A stretch of 64,000 nt of DNA, taken from contig CAWBCX010000050.1 in assembly GCA_963787265.1 (NCBI GenBank), positions 118,583 through 182,582 on the forward strand, read 5' to 3'. This DNA comes from an uncultured Alphaproteobacteria bacterium. Its GTDB lineage: Bacteria > Pseudomonadota > Alphaproteobacteria > Geminicoccales > Geminicoccaceae. Positions within the stretch are counted from its first letter, which is position 1. Every line of letters starts with the position of its first letter. The notes beneath the pieces were generated by a model. It was not told the origin of the DNA. It made no database searches and worked only from the letters and a program-made list of their open reading frames with translations. Made by a program: the position numbers and the translations under genes. This document shows positions 31,369 through 40,223 of this stretch, one piece after another.

Positions 31369-32283
31369 ATGCGCCGTCGTTTCATCACCGCCGACGTGTT
31401 CACCGATCAGCCCTTTGGCGGCAACCCGGTCGCCGTCCTGCCCGACGCGGAAGGGCTGACCACGGAGCAAATGCAGAAGCTCGCCAGGGAATTCAATCTC
31501 TCCGAAACCGTGTTCGTTCTGCCGCCCGCAGATGAGGCCCATACGAAAAAACTTAGGATTTTCGTACCGACCGATGAGATGCCCTTTGCCGGCCACCCGA
31601 TCATCGGCACGGCGCTAATTCTCGGTTCGATCGGTCATCTCGACCTAACCGATCCCAAAACTGAGATCGTTTTCGAGGTGAATGCCGGCCCGGTGCCGGT
31701 GACCATTGTCTCGAAGGATGGACAGCCGATCTCGGCCACACTGACGGCCCCCTTGGCCCCCGAGATCCGCGAAGCCACACCGATCGAGAAGGTTGCCGCC
31801 CTCCTGTCCCTCTGGCCTGACGACATCGTGCAAGCTGAATTGGCGTCCTGCGGGCTGCCGTTCTTGCTGGTGGAGGTTCGGGACCAGTCCGTTCTGGCAA
31901 AATCTCGCCTTGATCTCAACGTCGCCGGGCAGATGGATCCGAATGCCTGGGCGCGCTGGCCCCTCGTGTTTACCCATGACGCTGCTGAGGGTTTCGATAT
32001 TCAAGCCCGGATGTATGCGCCTGGCGCCGGCATTCCCGAGGACCCGGCGACCGGCAGCGCCGCCGCAGCGTTAGGCGGCTGGCTTGGCGTCAAAGATCCG
32101 ATGGAAGACGGCATCATCAAGCGCACCATCGCGCAAGGCGTCGAGATGGGACGGCCCAGCCGTCTGGAGATCGAGGTCGAGAAGCGCCAAGGCGACGTGA
32201 TCGCCGTTCGCGTCGGCGGTTCCGCCGTCCTGATCAGCGAAGGCAACATCGAGGTGCCGGTGCTACTACCGACACTGGGTTAG
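31369..32283 (+). CDS. PhzF-family isomerase
   Basis: 304-aa ORF with 'FITADVFTDQPFGGNPVAV', 'FNLSETVFV' and 'MPFAGHPIIGT', which are typical PhzF motifs. Confidence 0.85.
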   Translation: MRRRFITADVFTDQPFGGNPVAVLPDAEGLTTEQMQKLAREFNLSETVFVLPPADEAHTKKLRIFVPTDEMPFAGHPIIGTALILGSIGHLDLTDPKTEIVFEVNAGPVPVTIVSKDGQPISATLTAPLAPEIREATPIEKVAALLSLWPDDIVQAELASCGLPFLLVEVRDQSVLAKSRLDLNVAGQMDPNAWARWPLVFTHDAAEGFDIQARMYAPGAGIPEDPATGSAAAALGGWLGVKDPMEDGIIKRTIAQGVEMGRPSRLEIEVEKRQGDVIAVRVGGSAVLISEGNIEVPVLLPTLG

Positions 32284-32365
32284 CACCGCCAAGCACGCCA
32301 AACCCCAGCGCGCTCAAACACTTCCAAAACCAAACGAGGCCCAGTCAACCCTGAACCCAGTGGGT

Positions 32366-34255
32366 TCAAAAAGCGCCTTTGGCTTGGAGTTCGGCGACCA
32401 CGAGGTCGGCGGCCTCCTCCGGCGTCATCTGCTCGGTGTGGAGGTGGATCTCCGGGCGTTCCGGCGGCTCGTAGGGCGAAGAGATGCCGGTGAAGTTGGG
32501 GATCTTGCCGTCGCGGGCGCGCTGATAGAGCCCTTTGGGGTCACGCCGTTCGCAGGCCTCGATCGAGGCATCGACGAACACCTCGACGAACTCGTTTTCC
32601 TCGAACAAGTCACGCGCGAGGTTCCGTTCACTTCTGAAGGGCGAGATGAAGGACGCCATCACGATCAGGCCTGCATCCACCATCAGCCTGCCGACCTCGG
32701 CGACGCGCCGGATGTTCTCGACCCGGTCGGCATCGGTGAAGCCGAGGTCCTTGTTCAGACCGTGGCGGACATTGTCGCCATCCAGCAGATAGGTGCGCTT
32801 GCCCAGGCTGTGCAGGCGCTTTTCCACCAGATTGGCGATGGTCGACTTGCCGGCACCGGAAAAGCCGGTGAACCAGAGAAGACAAGGTCTCTGCTGGTTC
32901 ATTTTCGCGCGGGAAATCTTGTCGACATCGACCTCCTGCCACACCAGATTGGTGGCGCGGCGCAGGCCGAAGGCGACCATGCCGGCAGCGACCGTCTGGT
33001 TGGAGACGCGATCGATCAGGATGAAGCCGCCAAGCGCCTTGCTCTCCTTGTAGGGTTCGAACGCGATCGCCTGGTCGAGGTTGAAATTGACGAAGCCGAC
33101 CTCGTTCAGCCCGAGTGTGTTGGCCGCCAGATGCTCGCCGCTATTGACGTCCTCCTTGTATTTCAGCTTGGTCACAGCAGCGCCGATCGTCTTGGTGCCG
33201 AGCTTCAGGAGGTAGGAGCGTTCGGGCAGAAGCTCCGCCTGGTCGTCCATCCAGATGAGATGGGCCGCGAACTGATCAGTGACCGGCACCGAGTTTTCGG
33301 CATCGGCGATCACATCACCGCGCGAGATGTCAATTTCTCGGTCCAGGCAGATGGTCACCGCATCCCCGGCCTCGGCGAAGGGTTGATCACCGTCCATGGT
33401 GACGATCCGGCTGATCTTGGCCTGCTGGCTGCCGGGCTGAACGATCACCGCATCGCCCGGACGCACGCGCCCGCTGGCAACCGTACCGGCATAGCCGCGA
33501 AACGTATGATCCGGCCGGCTGACCCACTGCACCGGGAAGCGAAAGGCTTCGCTAGGCGCAGCCTGCACCTCGACATGTTCCAGATGCTCGAGCAGGGTTG
33601 ACCCATCATACCAGGGCAGGGCCTCGCTTCGAGAAAGCACGTTGTCGCCTTTCAGGGCCGAAAGCGGAATGCTGGTGATGTCCTGAAACTCAAGACCTTG
33701 TTCTTCGACAAATCCCTTGTAGTCCTCGACGATCTCGTCGTAACGAGCCTCGCTGTAGTCGACCAGATCCATCTTGTTGATCGCCAGCACCACGTGGCGG
33801 ATACCCAGGAGATCGGCAATGCGGCTGTGGCGCTTGGTCTGCTTGAGCACGCCCTTGCGCGCATCGATCAAGATGATCGCCAGATCAGCGGTCGAAGCGC
33901 CCGTCGCCATGTTCCGGGTATATTGCTCATGTCCAGGCGTATCGGCGACGATGAATTTCCGATGGGCCGTGGCAAAATACCGATAAGCGACATCGATGGT
34001 GATGCCTTGCTCGCGCTCGGCCTGCAGGCCGTCGACCAGAAGCGCCAGATCGAGCTCGCCATCTTGGGTGCCGTGGAGCTTGCTTTCGGTCTCGAGCGCC
34101 TGCACCTGGTCTTCGAGCAGCAGCTTGGCGTCATAAAGAAGACGGCCGATCAACGTGCTCTTGCCGTCATCGACACTGCCGCAGGTGAGAAAACGAAGCA
34201 GCGATTTTTCCAGAGCAGGCGCGCTCGGCGATTCTTTAAGGGCGGTGACGCTCAT
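32366..34255 (-). CDS. cysNC: Bifunctional sulfate adenylyltransferase subunit 1 / adenylylsulfate kinase (CysN-CysC fusion, NodQ-like)
   Basis: 629-aa ORF with the GTPase motifs 'GSVDDGKSTLIG', 'DTPGHEQYT' and 'NKMD', plus the C-terminal APS kinase P-loop 'GFSGAGKSTIA'. Confidence 0.92.
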   Translation of the reverse strand: MSVTALKESPSAPALEKSLLRFLTCGSVDDGKSTLIGRLLYDAKLLLEDQVQALETESKLHGTQDGELDLALLVDGLQAEREQGITIDVAYRYFATAHRKFIVADTPGHEQYTRNMATGASTADLAIILIDARKGVLKQTKRHSRIADLLGIRHVVLAINKMDLVDYSEARYDEIVEDYKGFVEEQGLEFQDITSIPLSALKGDNVLSRSEALPWYDGSTLLEHLEHVEVQAAPSEAFRFPVQWVSRPDHTFRGYAGTVASGRVRPGDAVIVQPGSQQAKISRIVTMDGDQPFAEAGDAVTICLDREIDISRGDVIADAENSVPVTDQFAAHLIWMDDQAELLPERSYLLKLGTKTIGAAVTKLKYKEDVNSGEHLAANTLGLNEVGFVNFNLDQAIAFEPYKESKALGGFILIDRVSNQTVAAGMVAFGLRRATNLVWQEVDVDKISRAKMNQQRPCLLWFTGFSGAGKSTIANLVEKRLHSLGKRTYLLDGDNVRHGLNKDLGFTDADRVENIRRVAEVGRLMVDAGLIVMASFISPFRSERNLARDLFEENEFVEVFVDASIEACERRDPKGLYQRARDGKIPNFTGISSPYEPPERPEIHLHTEQMTPEEAADLVVAELQAKGAF

Positions 34256-35208
34256 CAGAAATAGCCCTCCTGCTTCTTCTTTTCCATCGACCCCGGCTGA
34301 TCCTTGTCGATCACCCGGCCCTGGCGTTCGGAACTGCGGCTGAGCGCCATTTCCGAGAGCAGATCCTGGAGGTTGGCCGCTTCCGATTCGATCGCACCCG
34401 TGAGCGGATAGCAGCCAAGCGTTCTAAAACGCACCATCTTCATCACCGGCGTTTCGCCGTTCTCCAGCGGCAGCCGATCGTCATCGGCCATAATCCACAT
34501 ACCGTCCCGCCAGACCACCGGGCGCTCCTTGGCAAAATAGAGCGGCACGACCGGGATGTTCTCGATCTCGATATAGCTCCAGATGTCCATCTCGGTCCAG
34601 TTGGAGAGCGGGAACACGCGCACGCTCTCGCCCTTCTGCACGCGACCGTTATAGAGGTTCCAAAGCTCCGGACGCTGGTTTCTCGGATCCCAGGCATGGG
34701 CGCGGTTGCGGAACGAGAAAATCCGCTCCTTCGCGCGGGATTTCTCCTCGTCGCGGCGAGCACCGCCGAAGGCCGCATCGAACTGGTATTTGTCCAGCGC
34801 CTGCTTCAAGGATTGGGTCTTCATCACATCGGTATGCACGGCCGAGCCATGGCTGAACGGTCCCATGCCGGCGGCCACCCCATCCTGATTGATGTGGACC
34901 ATGAGCTCCAGGCCGAGATCCCTGGCACGCTGGTCGCGAAACTCGATCATTTCCCTGAATTTCCAGGTGGTATCGACATGGAGAAGCGGGAACGGCAGCT
35001 TCGCGGGATAAAAGGCCTTGAGCGCCAGATGCAGCAACACCGAGCTGTCCTTGCCGATCGAATACAGCATCACCGGCTTTTGGAAACTTGCAGCAACCTC
35101 GCGGAAAATCTCAACGCTCTCTGCTTCGAGGCGCTTCAAATGGGGGGGCATGACGGATAACCTCGGCTTAAGGTCCGTTTCCGTCTGCTCCATTGCTACT
35201 TTCATCAT
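34255..35208 (-). CDS. cysD: Sulfate adenylyltransferase subunit 2 CysD
   Basis: ORF 34255..35229 with the PAPS-reductase-like motifs '[15 protein letters not shown]' and '[18 protein letters not shown]' and a C-terminal 'KKQEGYF'. Its stop overlaps the cysNC start (TGATG). The start after the GGAGAA RBS is preferred. Confidence 0.92.
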   Translation of the reverse strand: MMKVAMEQTETDLKPRLSVMPPHLKRLEAESVEIFREVAASFQKPVMLYSIGKDSSVLLHLALKAFYPAKLPFPLLHVDTTWKFREMIEFRDQRARDLGLELMVHINQDGVAAGMGPFSHGSAVHTDVMKTQSLKQALDKYQFDAAFGGARRDEEKSRAKERIFSFRNRAHAWDPRNQRPELWNLYNGRVQKGESVRVFPLSNWTEMDIWSYIEIENIPVVPLYFAKERPVVWRDGMWIMADDDRLPLENGETPVMKMVRFRTLGCYPLTGAIESEAANLQDLLSEMALSRSSERQGRVIDKDQPGSMEKKKQEGYF

Positions 35209-35672
35209 TGGTTCTCCGAGAACCGACATGTGCGGTCGCTCGCGTGATTAGTTGGGCGTTACCTGTCATTACAACACCGCCATGTCTAAAGCCCGACGCA
35301 GCTTGGCGTCAACGGCATGGCGAGCCGTAATCCTGGTACATTGACTTGAACAAGCCTGACCAACCAAAATTCCCTGCGCGTCTTCGTGATTCGGAGAAAC
35401 CTCGGAGAACCACGCCGCACAATGTCCGTTCAGACTCATCATGGTGTGGCGAGATCGGCAAGCCGTCATTCAAGCTCAGCCGACATCGCCAGACCATGCA
35501 CGAAATGCTCTTTTTTGTCCATAAACCGCCGGGGATTTGTTTCGTTATGCCTAGACCAGGACAGGCCGGTTGGGACAAGACATAAAGCTGTCGGAGGTTA
35601 CTGGGCGAGAAGGAATATTACCCACTCAATCATGGATAAAGATGTCTCCCTGGAGCCCGCTGACCGGGCGCC

Positions 35673-37166
35673 TCATGTCAGGGCGCCAACCTTGGCAATA
35701 GCGGGTTCAGCGGACGTCGCCGAGGCGGCCAGGTGATCATTGATCGCCATCACACCGGCCCCGCCATCGAAACCGACCTCGATCGACAACGCGCCGACAG
35801 CGGATGCTGTTGCCTTGGCAGTCTGGCTTGCCGCCAGATCCTCGGTTGCCTTGGCCATGAGGGCCTTGATCGCCAATGGCGGCAGGTCGCGATGACACTC
35901 CCTCAACACCGCGATCATGCTCGCTGCAAGGGGAAAGGAAGCCTGATCCACATCGCACCAGGCCCACCCTTCGTCCGTTGCCCCGGCACCCCCCGCCTTG
36001 CCCATGCTGCAAAGGGCCGAGCCCGGCTGGGAAGGATGCGTGAAGGCCAGCCCCATCGATCCCCCCTCCGCCTTCCCGGCCTGGCTCCAAAAATCAGGCA
36101 CATGACGTCCGGGGTAAAGGCTGCTGGCAACGGAGGATCCACGCGCCCTGGCCGTTTCGCTTGCAGCGGCCACGCCACCGGCCTTTGCCGCCCCGATGGC
36201 AATCACATCCGGATGTGATGCCGGAAAACTCTGCCAAGTTCGAGGCGCCGTTGCGACCACCAAAATCCCCTCCGCCGCTGCTCGTGCCATTGTCACTTCG
36301 AGAAGTCGAAGATAATTGTGCAGGTTCAAATCGTCGGCTTTCAGCTGATCCCAGCCGACTTGATCGACATCATAGCCCCAGCTGTTGATGATCAAGTCGG
36401 GCTTGGGGAGCGAATCGATCGTGATCAGCATGTCGCCGACCGGGTCGATCAGGCCCTTGATCGGCCGCAAGCGCAGATCGGGCGCGGCTGCAAACAGGCA
36501 GGCCGCCTCACCCGTGCCATGACCATGATCATCCCGAAGCGAATCCGTCTGGTTCGGGCCAAGCAAGGTCGGCAGAACCCGGTAACGTCGCTCGGCAAAA
36601 AAACGATGCCGATAGTGGCCCGTACCGATCAAGGCGGCAACGACGCCATCACCAGTCGCATCGAACGAGGCCAGACCATCGCCCCAGATCGACATGGCAA
36701 GCTCATCGGGCAAGCATCGGCCCGTCTCGCAACCATCGTTCACACCTCGAACCGGCAGGCCGGCATCGTCGGTCAGCCTTGGCGGACAGGCGATAGCAAT
36801 ACCTTCCGCACACCCCGCAAAAGCGCTCGGCAAGTCCAGAAGACGGGGTGTATCGTCTTCATCCGGTGCATAGACATCAATGGAGCGGCCGCGCCCCCCG
36901 GGTTTCGTGGTCTTGCGCAGCCTTACGCCGAAAGCGTCCCTGAATTGCGCCGGCGTGCCGTTGAACGATAGGGCGACGGAATGAAAGTTCGTGATGTCAA
37001 AACCCAGCTGGATCAGGGTATCGGCGACGTGCCGCGCGTCCTCGAGACAAGACGCGAAGGCGCCGGCGCGAGCTGCATCAATCGGCCCCTTCGGATCGAA
37101 CACGGACAAGCCGCCCATCGATCGCATCGAGACAACCGCACCAACGCGCTCGCTAGTCCCCAACAT
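35673..37166 (-). CDS. Subtilisin (S8)-like protein without a signal peptide; the canonical Asp position reads Gly
   Basis: ORF 35673..37172. 'DDHGHGTGEAA' matches the His motif, 'INSWGY' the Asn motif and 'QASFPLAASMIAV' the Ser motif. The expected 'V-A-x-I-D-T-G' reads 'AALIGTGH' (codon GGT at 36624..36626). The ATG at 37166 follows a GAGGAG RBS. Confidence 0.6.
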   Translation of the reverse strand: MLGTSERVGAVVSMRSMGGLSVFDPKGPIDAARAGAFASCLEDARHVADTLIQLGFDITNFHSVALSFNGTPAQFRDAFGVRLRKTTKPGGRGRSIDVYAPDEDDTPRLLDLPSAFAGCAEGIAIACPPRLTDDAGLPVRGVNDGCETGRCLPDELAMSIWGDGLASFDATGDGVVAALIGTGHYRHRFFAERRYRVLPTLLGPNQTDSLRDDHGHGTGEAACLFAAAPDLRLRPIKGLIDPVGDMLITIDSLPKPDLIINSWGYDVDQVGWDQLKADDLNLHNYLRLLEVTMARAAAEGILVVATAPRTWQSFPASHPDVIAIGAAKAGGVAAASETARARGSSVASSLYPGRHVPDFWSQAGKAEGGSMGLAFTHPSQPGSALCSMGKAGGAGATDEGWAWCDVDQASFPLAASMIAVLRECHRDLPPLAIKALMAKATEDLAASQTAKATASAVGALSIEVGFDGGAGVMAINDHLAASATSAEPAIAKVGALT

Positions 37167-37371
37167 GCTCAACTCCTCTTGGAAAAATCACCATGACGCC
37201 CTTGCCGCCGACGGTCAGGCCATCGATCCGCAGGCGTGATGGTGATAAACCAAAATGCATATATTTGCCATGTTGATTTCTCTTTTTAGTTGATTTACGT
37301 TCCTGCGAATTTTCCTTCTGATCCTTGCCCGTCAAGCACGAAATCGAACGATAGCTCGCCTTTGATCTGCC

Positions 37372-37409
37372 AAAAAAAAGAACCCAGAAGATCATCTTCC
37401 GGGTTCTTC
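37372..37409 (-). terminator. Rho-independent terminator (second of a tandem pair) after the CNPC-repeat gene
   Basis: On the minus strand, 'agaacccggaag-atgat-cttctgggttct' is followed by T8. Confidence 0.7.
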
Positions 37410-37416
37410 TCGATAC

Positions 37417-37440
37417 AAAAAAAGCGTCGCGGCGACGCTT
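37417..37440 (-). terminator. Rho-independent terminator (first of a tandem pair) after the CNPC-repeat gene
   Basis: On the minus strand, 'agcgtcgc-c-gcgacgct' is followed by T7, starting about 10 nt after the stop codon. Confidence 0.75.
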
Positions 37441-37449
37441 CGGCAATCG

Positions 37450-37812
37450 TCAGTTGGCGGCGGGCTTGCAGGGATTACACGGGTTGCAAGGATTACAGGG
37501 GTTCGCAGCCGCGCAAGGATTGCACGGGTTGCAGGGATTGGCTGCAGCACAGGGATTGCAGGGCTTCTTGATGGCCGCACAGGCAGGATTGCACGGATTG
37601 GCCGCGGCGCAAGGGTTGCAGGGGTTGGCGGCGGCTGCGCAGGGGTTGCACGGATTGCAAGGATTGCACGCAGCCATGGCGATACCGCCGAAGCTGATGC
37701 CGCCCTGGCTGCCGCTGACACCGTCGGATGCCGTCGGGCTCAGCATCATCATGCCGCCGAACGCAAGGCTGAGACAGGTGGTGGATAGAAGGCGACTTTT
37801 CTGCTGTTTCAT
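37450..37812 (-). CDS. Secreted cysteine-rich (C-N-P-C)n tandem-repeat peptide; no family assignment
   Basis: ORF 37450..37833. The ATG at 37812 lies 6 nt after a GGAGAGG RBS. The Sec-type signal is '[24 protein letters not shown]'. The C-terminal ~73 aa contain 17 Cys and 14 N-P-C triplets with Ala spacers. Repeat units differ by synonymous codons, and tandem terminators follow. Confidence 0.7.
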   Translation of the reverse strand: MKQQKSRLLSTTCLSLAFGGMMMLSPTASDGVSGSQGGISFGGIAMAACNPCNPCNPCAAAANPCNPCAAANPCNPACAAIKKPCNPCAAANPCNPCNPCAAANPCNPCNPCNPCKPAAN

Positions 37813-38099
37813 GAAAACCTCTCCAAATCTCATTGATGAACGCCGACCGCAGCCGAAGATGGTTGACGGATCGGCCTAACGACACCTTATCCATGGACGG
37901 AGCTAAATCTAGGCTCGATGGCGCGAGACGCGGTCACGTCTTGTTCACGATCCGGTCAGACGGTCGTGCTGACAGTTCATGGGATGTGCGCCCCGCACTC
38001 GGTTCGTGCTAATGAGCATCGGGTGGCCGACTGAAGGCTGCATCCGGCGTCGCATTCGACTACGCTGCGCATCTGGCCCGGCAGGTGGGAGAGAGATGC

Positions 38100-38848
38100 A
38101 TGACGTTACCCGAAGCGGCGCCCAAACCCGATCAATCCTGGCTCGACGACTACCCGAACGAAACCCTGGAAGCGATGCTCGAGGCTGGCCGCGAGGCGCT
38201 CGAATGGCGGCGCATTCTGACCAAGAGCGGCGACAACATCGTTGGCGACGTCATCAAGCACGAAGGGCCGTTCTACATCCTCGACCATTATCCCAAGGGC
38301 GATGTCTATGATCCGGAGAGCCATGCACAGTGGTACTATCACGCCCATGACAAGAGCGAGCGCCCGGGCGAGCACGGCCATTTCCACACCTTCATGCGCG
38401 GCCGCGGCATGGATGATGGCAGTCAATCCGGTGTCCGCTGCCCGACTATCAGCCGAAATCGGATCCCCATGACCTCATTTGCCATCTGATCGCGGTCTCG
38501 ATGGACAAGAGCGGTTGGCCGGTCGGGCTTTTCACCACCAATCGCTGGGTCACCGGCGAAACCTGGTACGCCGCCCACGACGTCTGCTCGATGCTGGACG
38601 GATTCGACATGAAGATGTCCAAGTCGTCCTGGCCGGTAAACCGCTGGCTGACGGCGATGATCAAACTGTTCCAGCCGCAAATCATCGAACTCGTCGTGCA
38701 GCGCGACGAGCGCATCACCGCGTGGAAGATGAAGCACCCCGATATCAATGTCTATGAGGACCGAAAGCTCGAGGTTACCTCCCAGCTGCCCATCAGCGTC
38801 GACCACCAGGTCGCCCTCCTCGAAGACGCCTTGGAGGCGCGGGCTTGA
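38100..38848 (+). pseudogene. Conserved hypothetical protein (His-rich 'YYHAHDKSERPGEHGHFHTF'); one frame break near 38417-38440
   Basis: ORF 38085..38489 and ORF 38501..38848 join through the second frame as '...PDYQPKSDPHDLICHLIAVSMDKSGWPVGLFTTNRWVTGETWY'. The ATG at 38100 follows a GGGAGAGAG RBS. Confidence 0.55.
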
Positions 38849-38915
38849 CCGTGCTGCGGGCTCTGGAAGCGGCATCGGCCGGACGTTCGGGAGACGGTTG
38901 CGGCGGATACGGTCG

Positions 38916-40094
38916 ATGACGGCCGCAACAGCATCGGCGCTTCGCCAGCAGCAATGGCCGGTGGTCATGGCAGGGCTCGCCTGCTGACCGCGGGCGCGGC
39001 TCGTCCTTGGCGGTGACAGCTGGCGTTATGCAGCCCTGCTGCTGATCGGCGGTCTTCTCGGCATGAGCCTTTATCACGCCGCCTTCGGCTTCACGTCCGC
39101 CTACCGCAACGCCATCGTCCGCAAAGACATCGCCGGCATCACGGCGCAGCTGGTGATGATCGGCCTCGCCATGCTGATGTTCGCGCCCTTCCTCGCAAGC
39201 GGCGAAGCATTCGGCCGGCCGATCGGCGGCGCCGTGGCACCCGCTGGCGTTCGCGTTGCCATCGGCAGCTTCGTCTTCGGCCTCGGCATGCAGCTCGGCA
39301 GCGGCTGCGGCTCAGGCACGCTGTATACGGTCGGCGGCGGCAGCACCCGCATGATCGTCACCCTGATCGCCTTTTGTACCGGTGCCTTTCTCGGCAGCCT
39401 GGATAGCTTCCAGCTTCCCGCCCTGCCAAGCCTGGGCGCCGTGTCCTTCGGCAAGACCTTCGGTTGGCCGCTTGCCATTTTTCTCGCAAACAGCCCTGCT
39501 CGCAGCGATCTGGTTCGCCTTCCGTTGGTGGGCGGGTGCCCGCCCGCAAAGGTCGATTTGGGGGGATGGCCTGAACGCGGAAAAACTGCTGCGCGGTCCC
39601 TGGCCACTTCTGTTCAGCGCCGTCATGCTCGCCGTTCTCAACCTCCTGACCCTGTTCGTCGCCGGCCACCCCTGGACGGTCACGTGGGCTTTCACCTTAT
39701 GGGCGGCCGAGGTCGCCCAGACGCTTTCGGCTGGGACCCCGCATCAACCAGCTTTTGGAGCGGAGGCTTTCCCGGCCGCGCCCTCGAAGGCAGTCTCTTT
39801 CAAGACAATATCACCCTCATGAACATCGGGATCATGCTGGGCGCGCTTATCGCTGCCGGCGCCGCCGGTCGGTTTGCCCCGACCCTCAAGATCCCGTTCC
39901 GTTCCCTCCTCGCCGCCATCATCGGCGGCCTCCTCATGGGCTACGGCGCAAGGCTCGGCTTCGGCTGCAACATCGGCGCTTTCTTCTCAGGTGCGGCCTC
40001 TTTCAGCCTGCACGCCTGGATCTGGATCGCTTGTGCGTTTGCCGGCACCTGGATCGGCGTGAAGCTCCGGCCCTGGTTCGGCTTGCCGAATTGA
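38916..40094 (+). pseudogene. yeeE: YeeE/YedE-family sulfur-compound (thiosulfate) transporter with an in-frame TGA (38985..38987) and a frame excursion between about 39486 and 39728
   Basis: Both halves carry the family motif 'GSGCGSG' / 'GFGCNIG'. The residues between 39486 and 39728 make a sensible TM sequence only in the frame of ORF 39382..39822 ('QTALLAAIWFAFRWW...LLTLFVAGHPWTVTWAFTLW'). Confidence 0.7.
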
Positions 40095-40223
40095 TGCCTG
40101 TGCCCAACGCAGGCAAGCCAAGAAGGCCGACGATCCAACGCCGGCAGCTTCAAGGCATCAAGAGCCGCGCTCAGGGAGAGATTGCCGCCCGCCGCTTGGT
40201 GATCAGCTCGATGTCGCCAACTG

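Noticed and set aside
32360-33601. Long antisense ORFs opposite recognised genes: 32360..33601(+), 3253..4395(+), 12754..13767(+), 27701..28969(+), 20594..21634(-), 50297..51541(-), 57116..58606(-), 41482..42609(+)
   Set aside because: These are typical high-GC mirror ORFs. They are Arg/Gly/Asp/His-rich with no motifs, and the opposite strand carries clear family signatures in every case.
37450-37700. The periodic DNA repeat considered as a CRISPR array or non-coding satellite
   Set aside because: The period is 9-12 nt, with no 24-48 nt repeat/spacer architecture and no cas genes nearby. The variation is concentrated at third codon positions.
37454-37894. Alternative open frames across the CNPC repeat: 37454..37879(+) with a '[10 protein letters not shown]' repeat, and 37493..37894(-) with a 'QSLQPV' repeat
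   Set aside because: Any frame of this repeat lacks stop codons. Only the 37450..37812 minus frame has an RBS-spaced ATG, a signal peptide and downstream terminators. The synonymous-site pattern also fits that frame.
38985-38987. The in-frame TGA in yeeE read as selenocysteine
   Set aside because: YeeE/YedE proteins are not known selenoproteins, I saw no SECIS-like hairpin immediately downstream, and the surrounding gene carries other frame defects.
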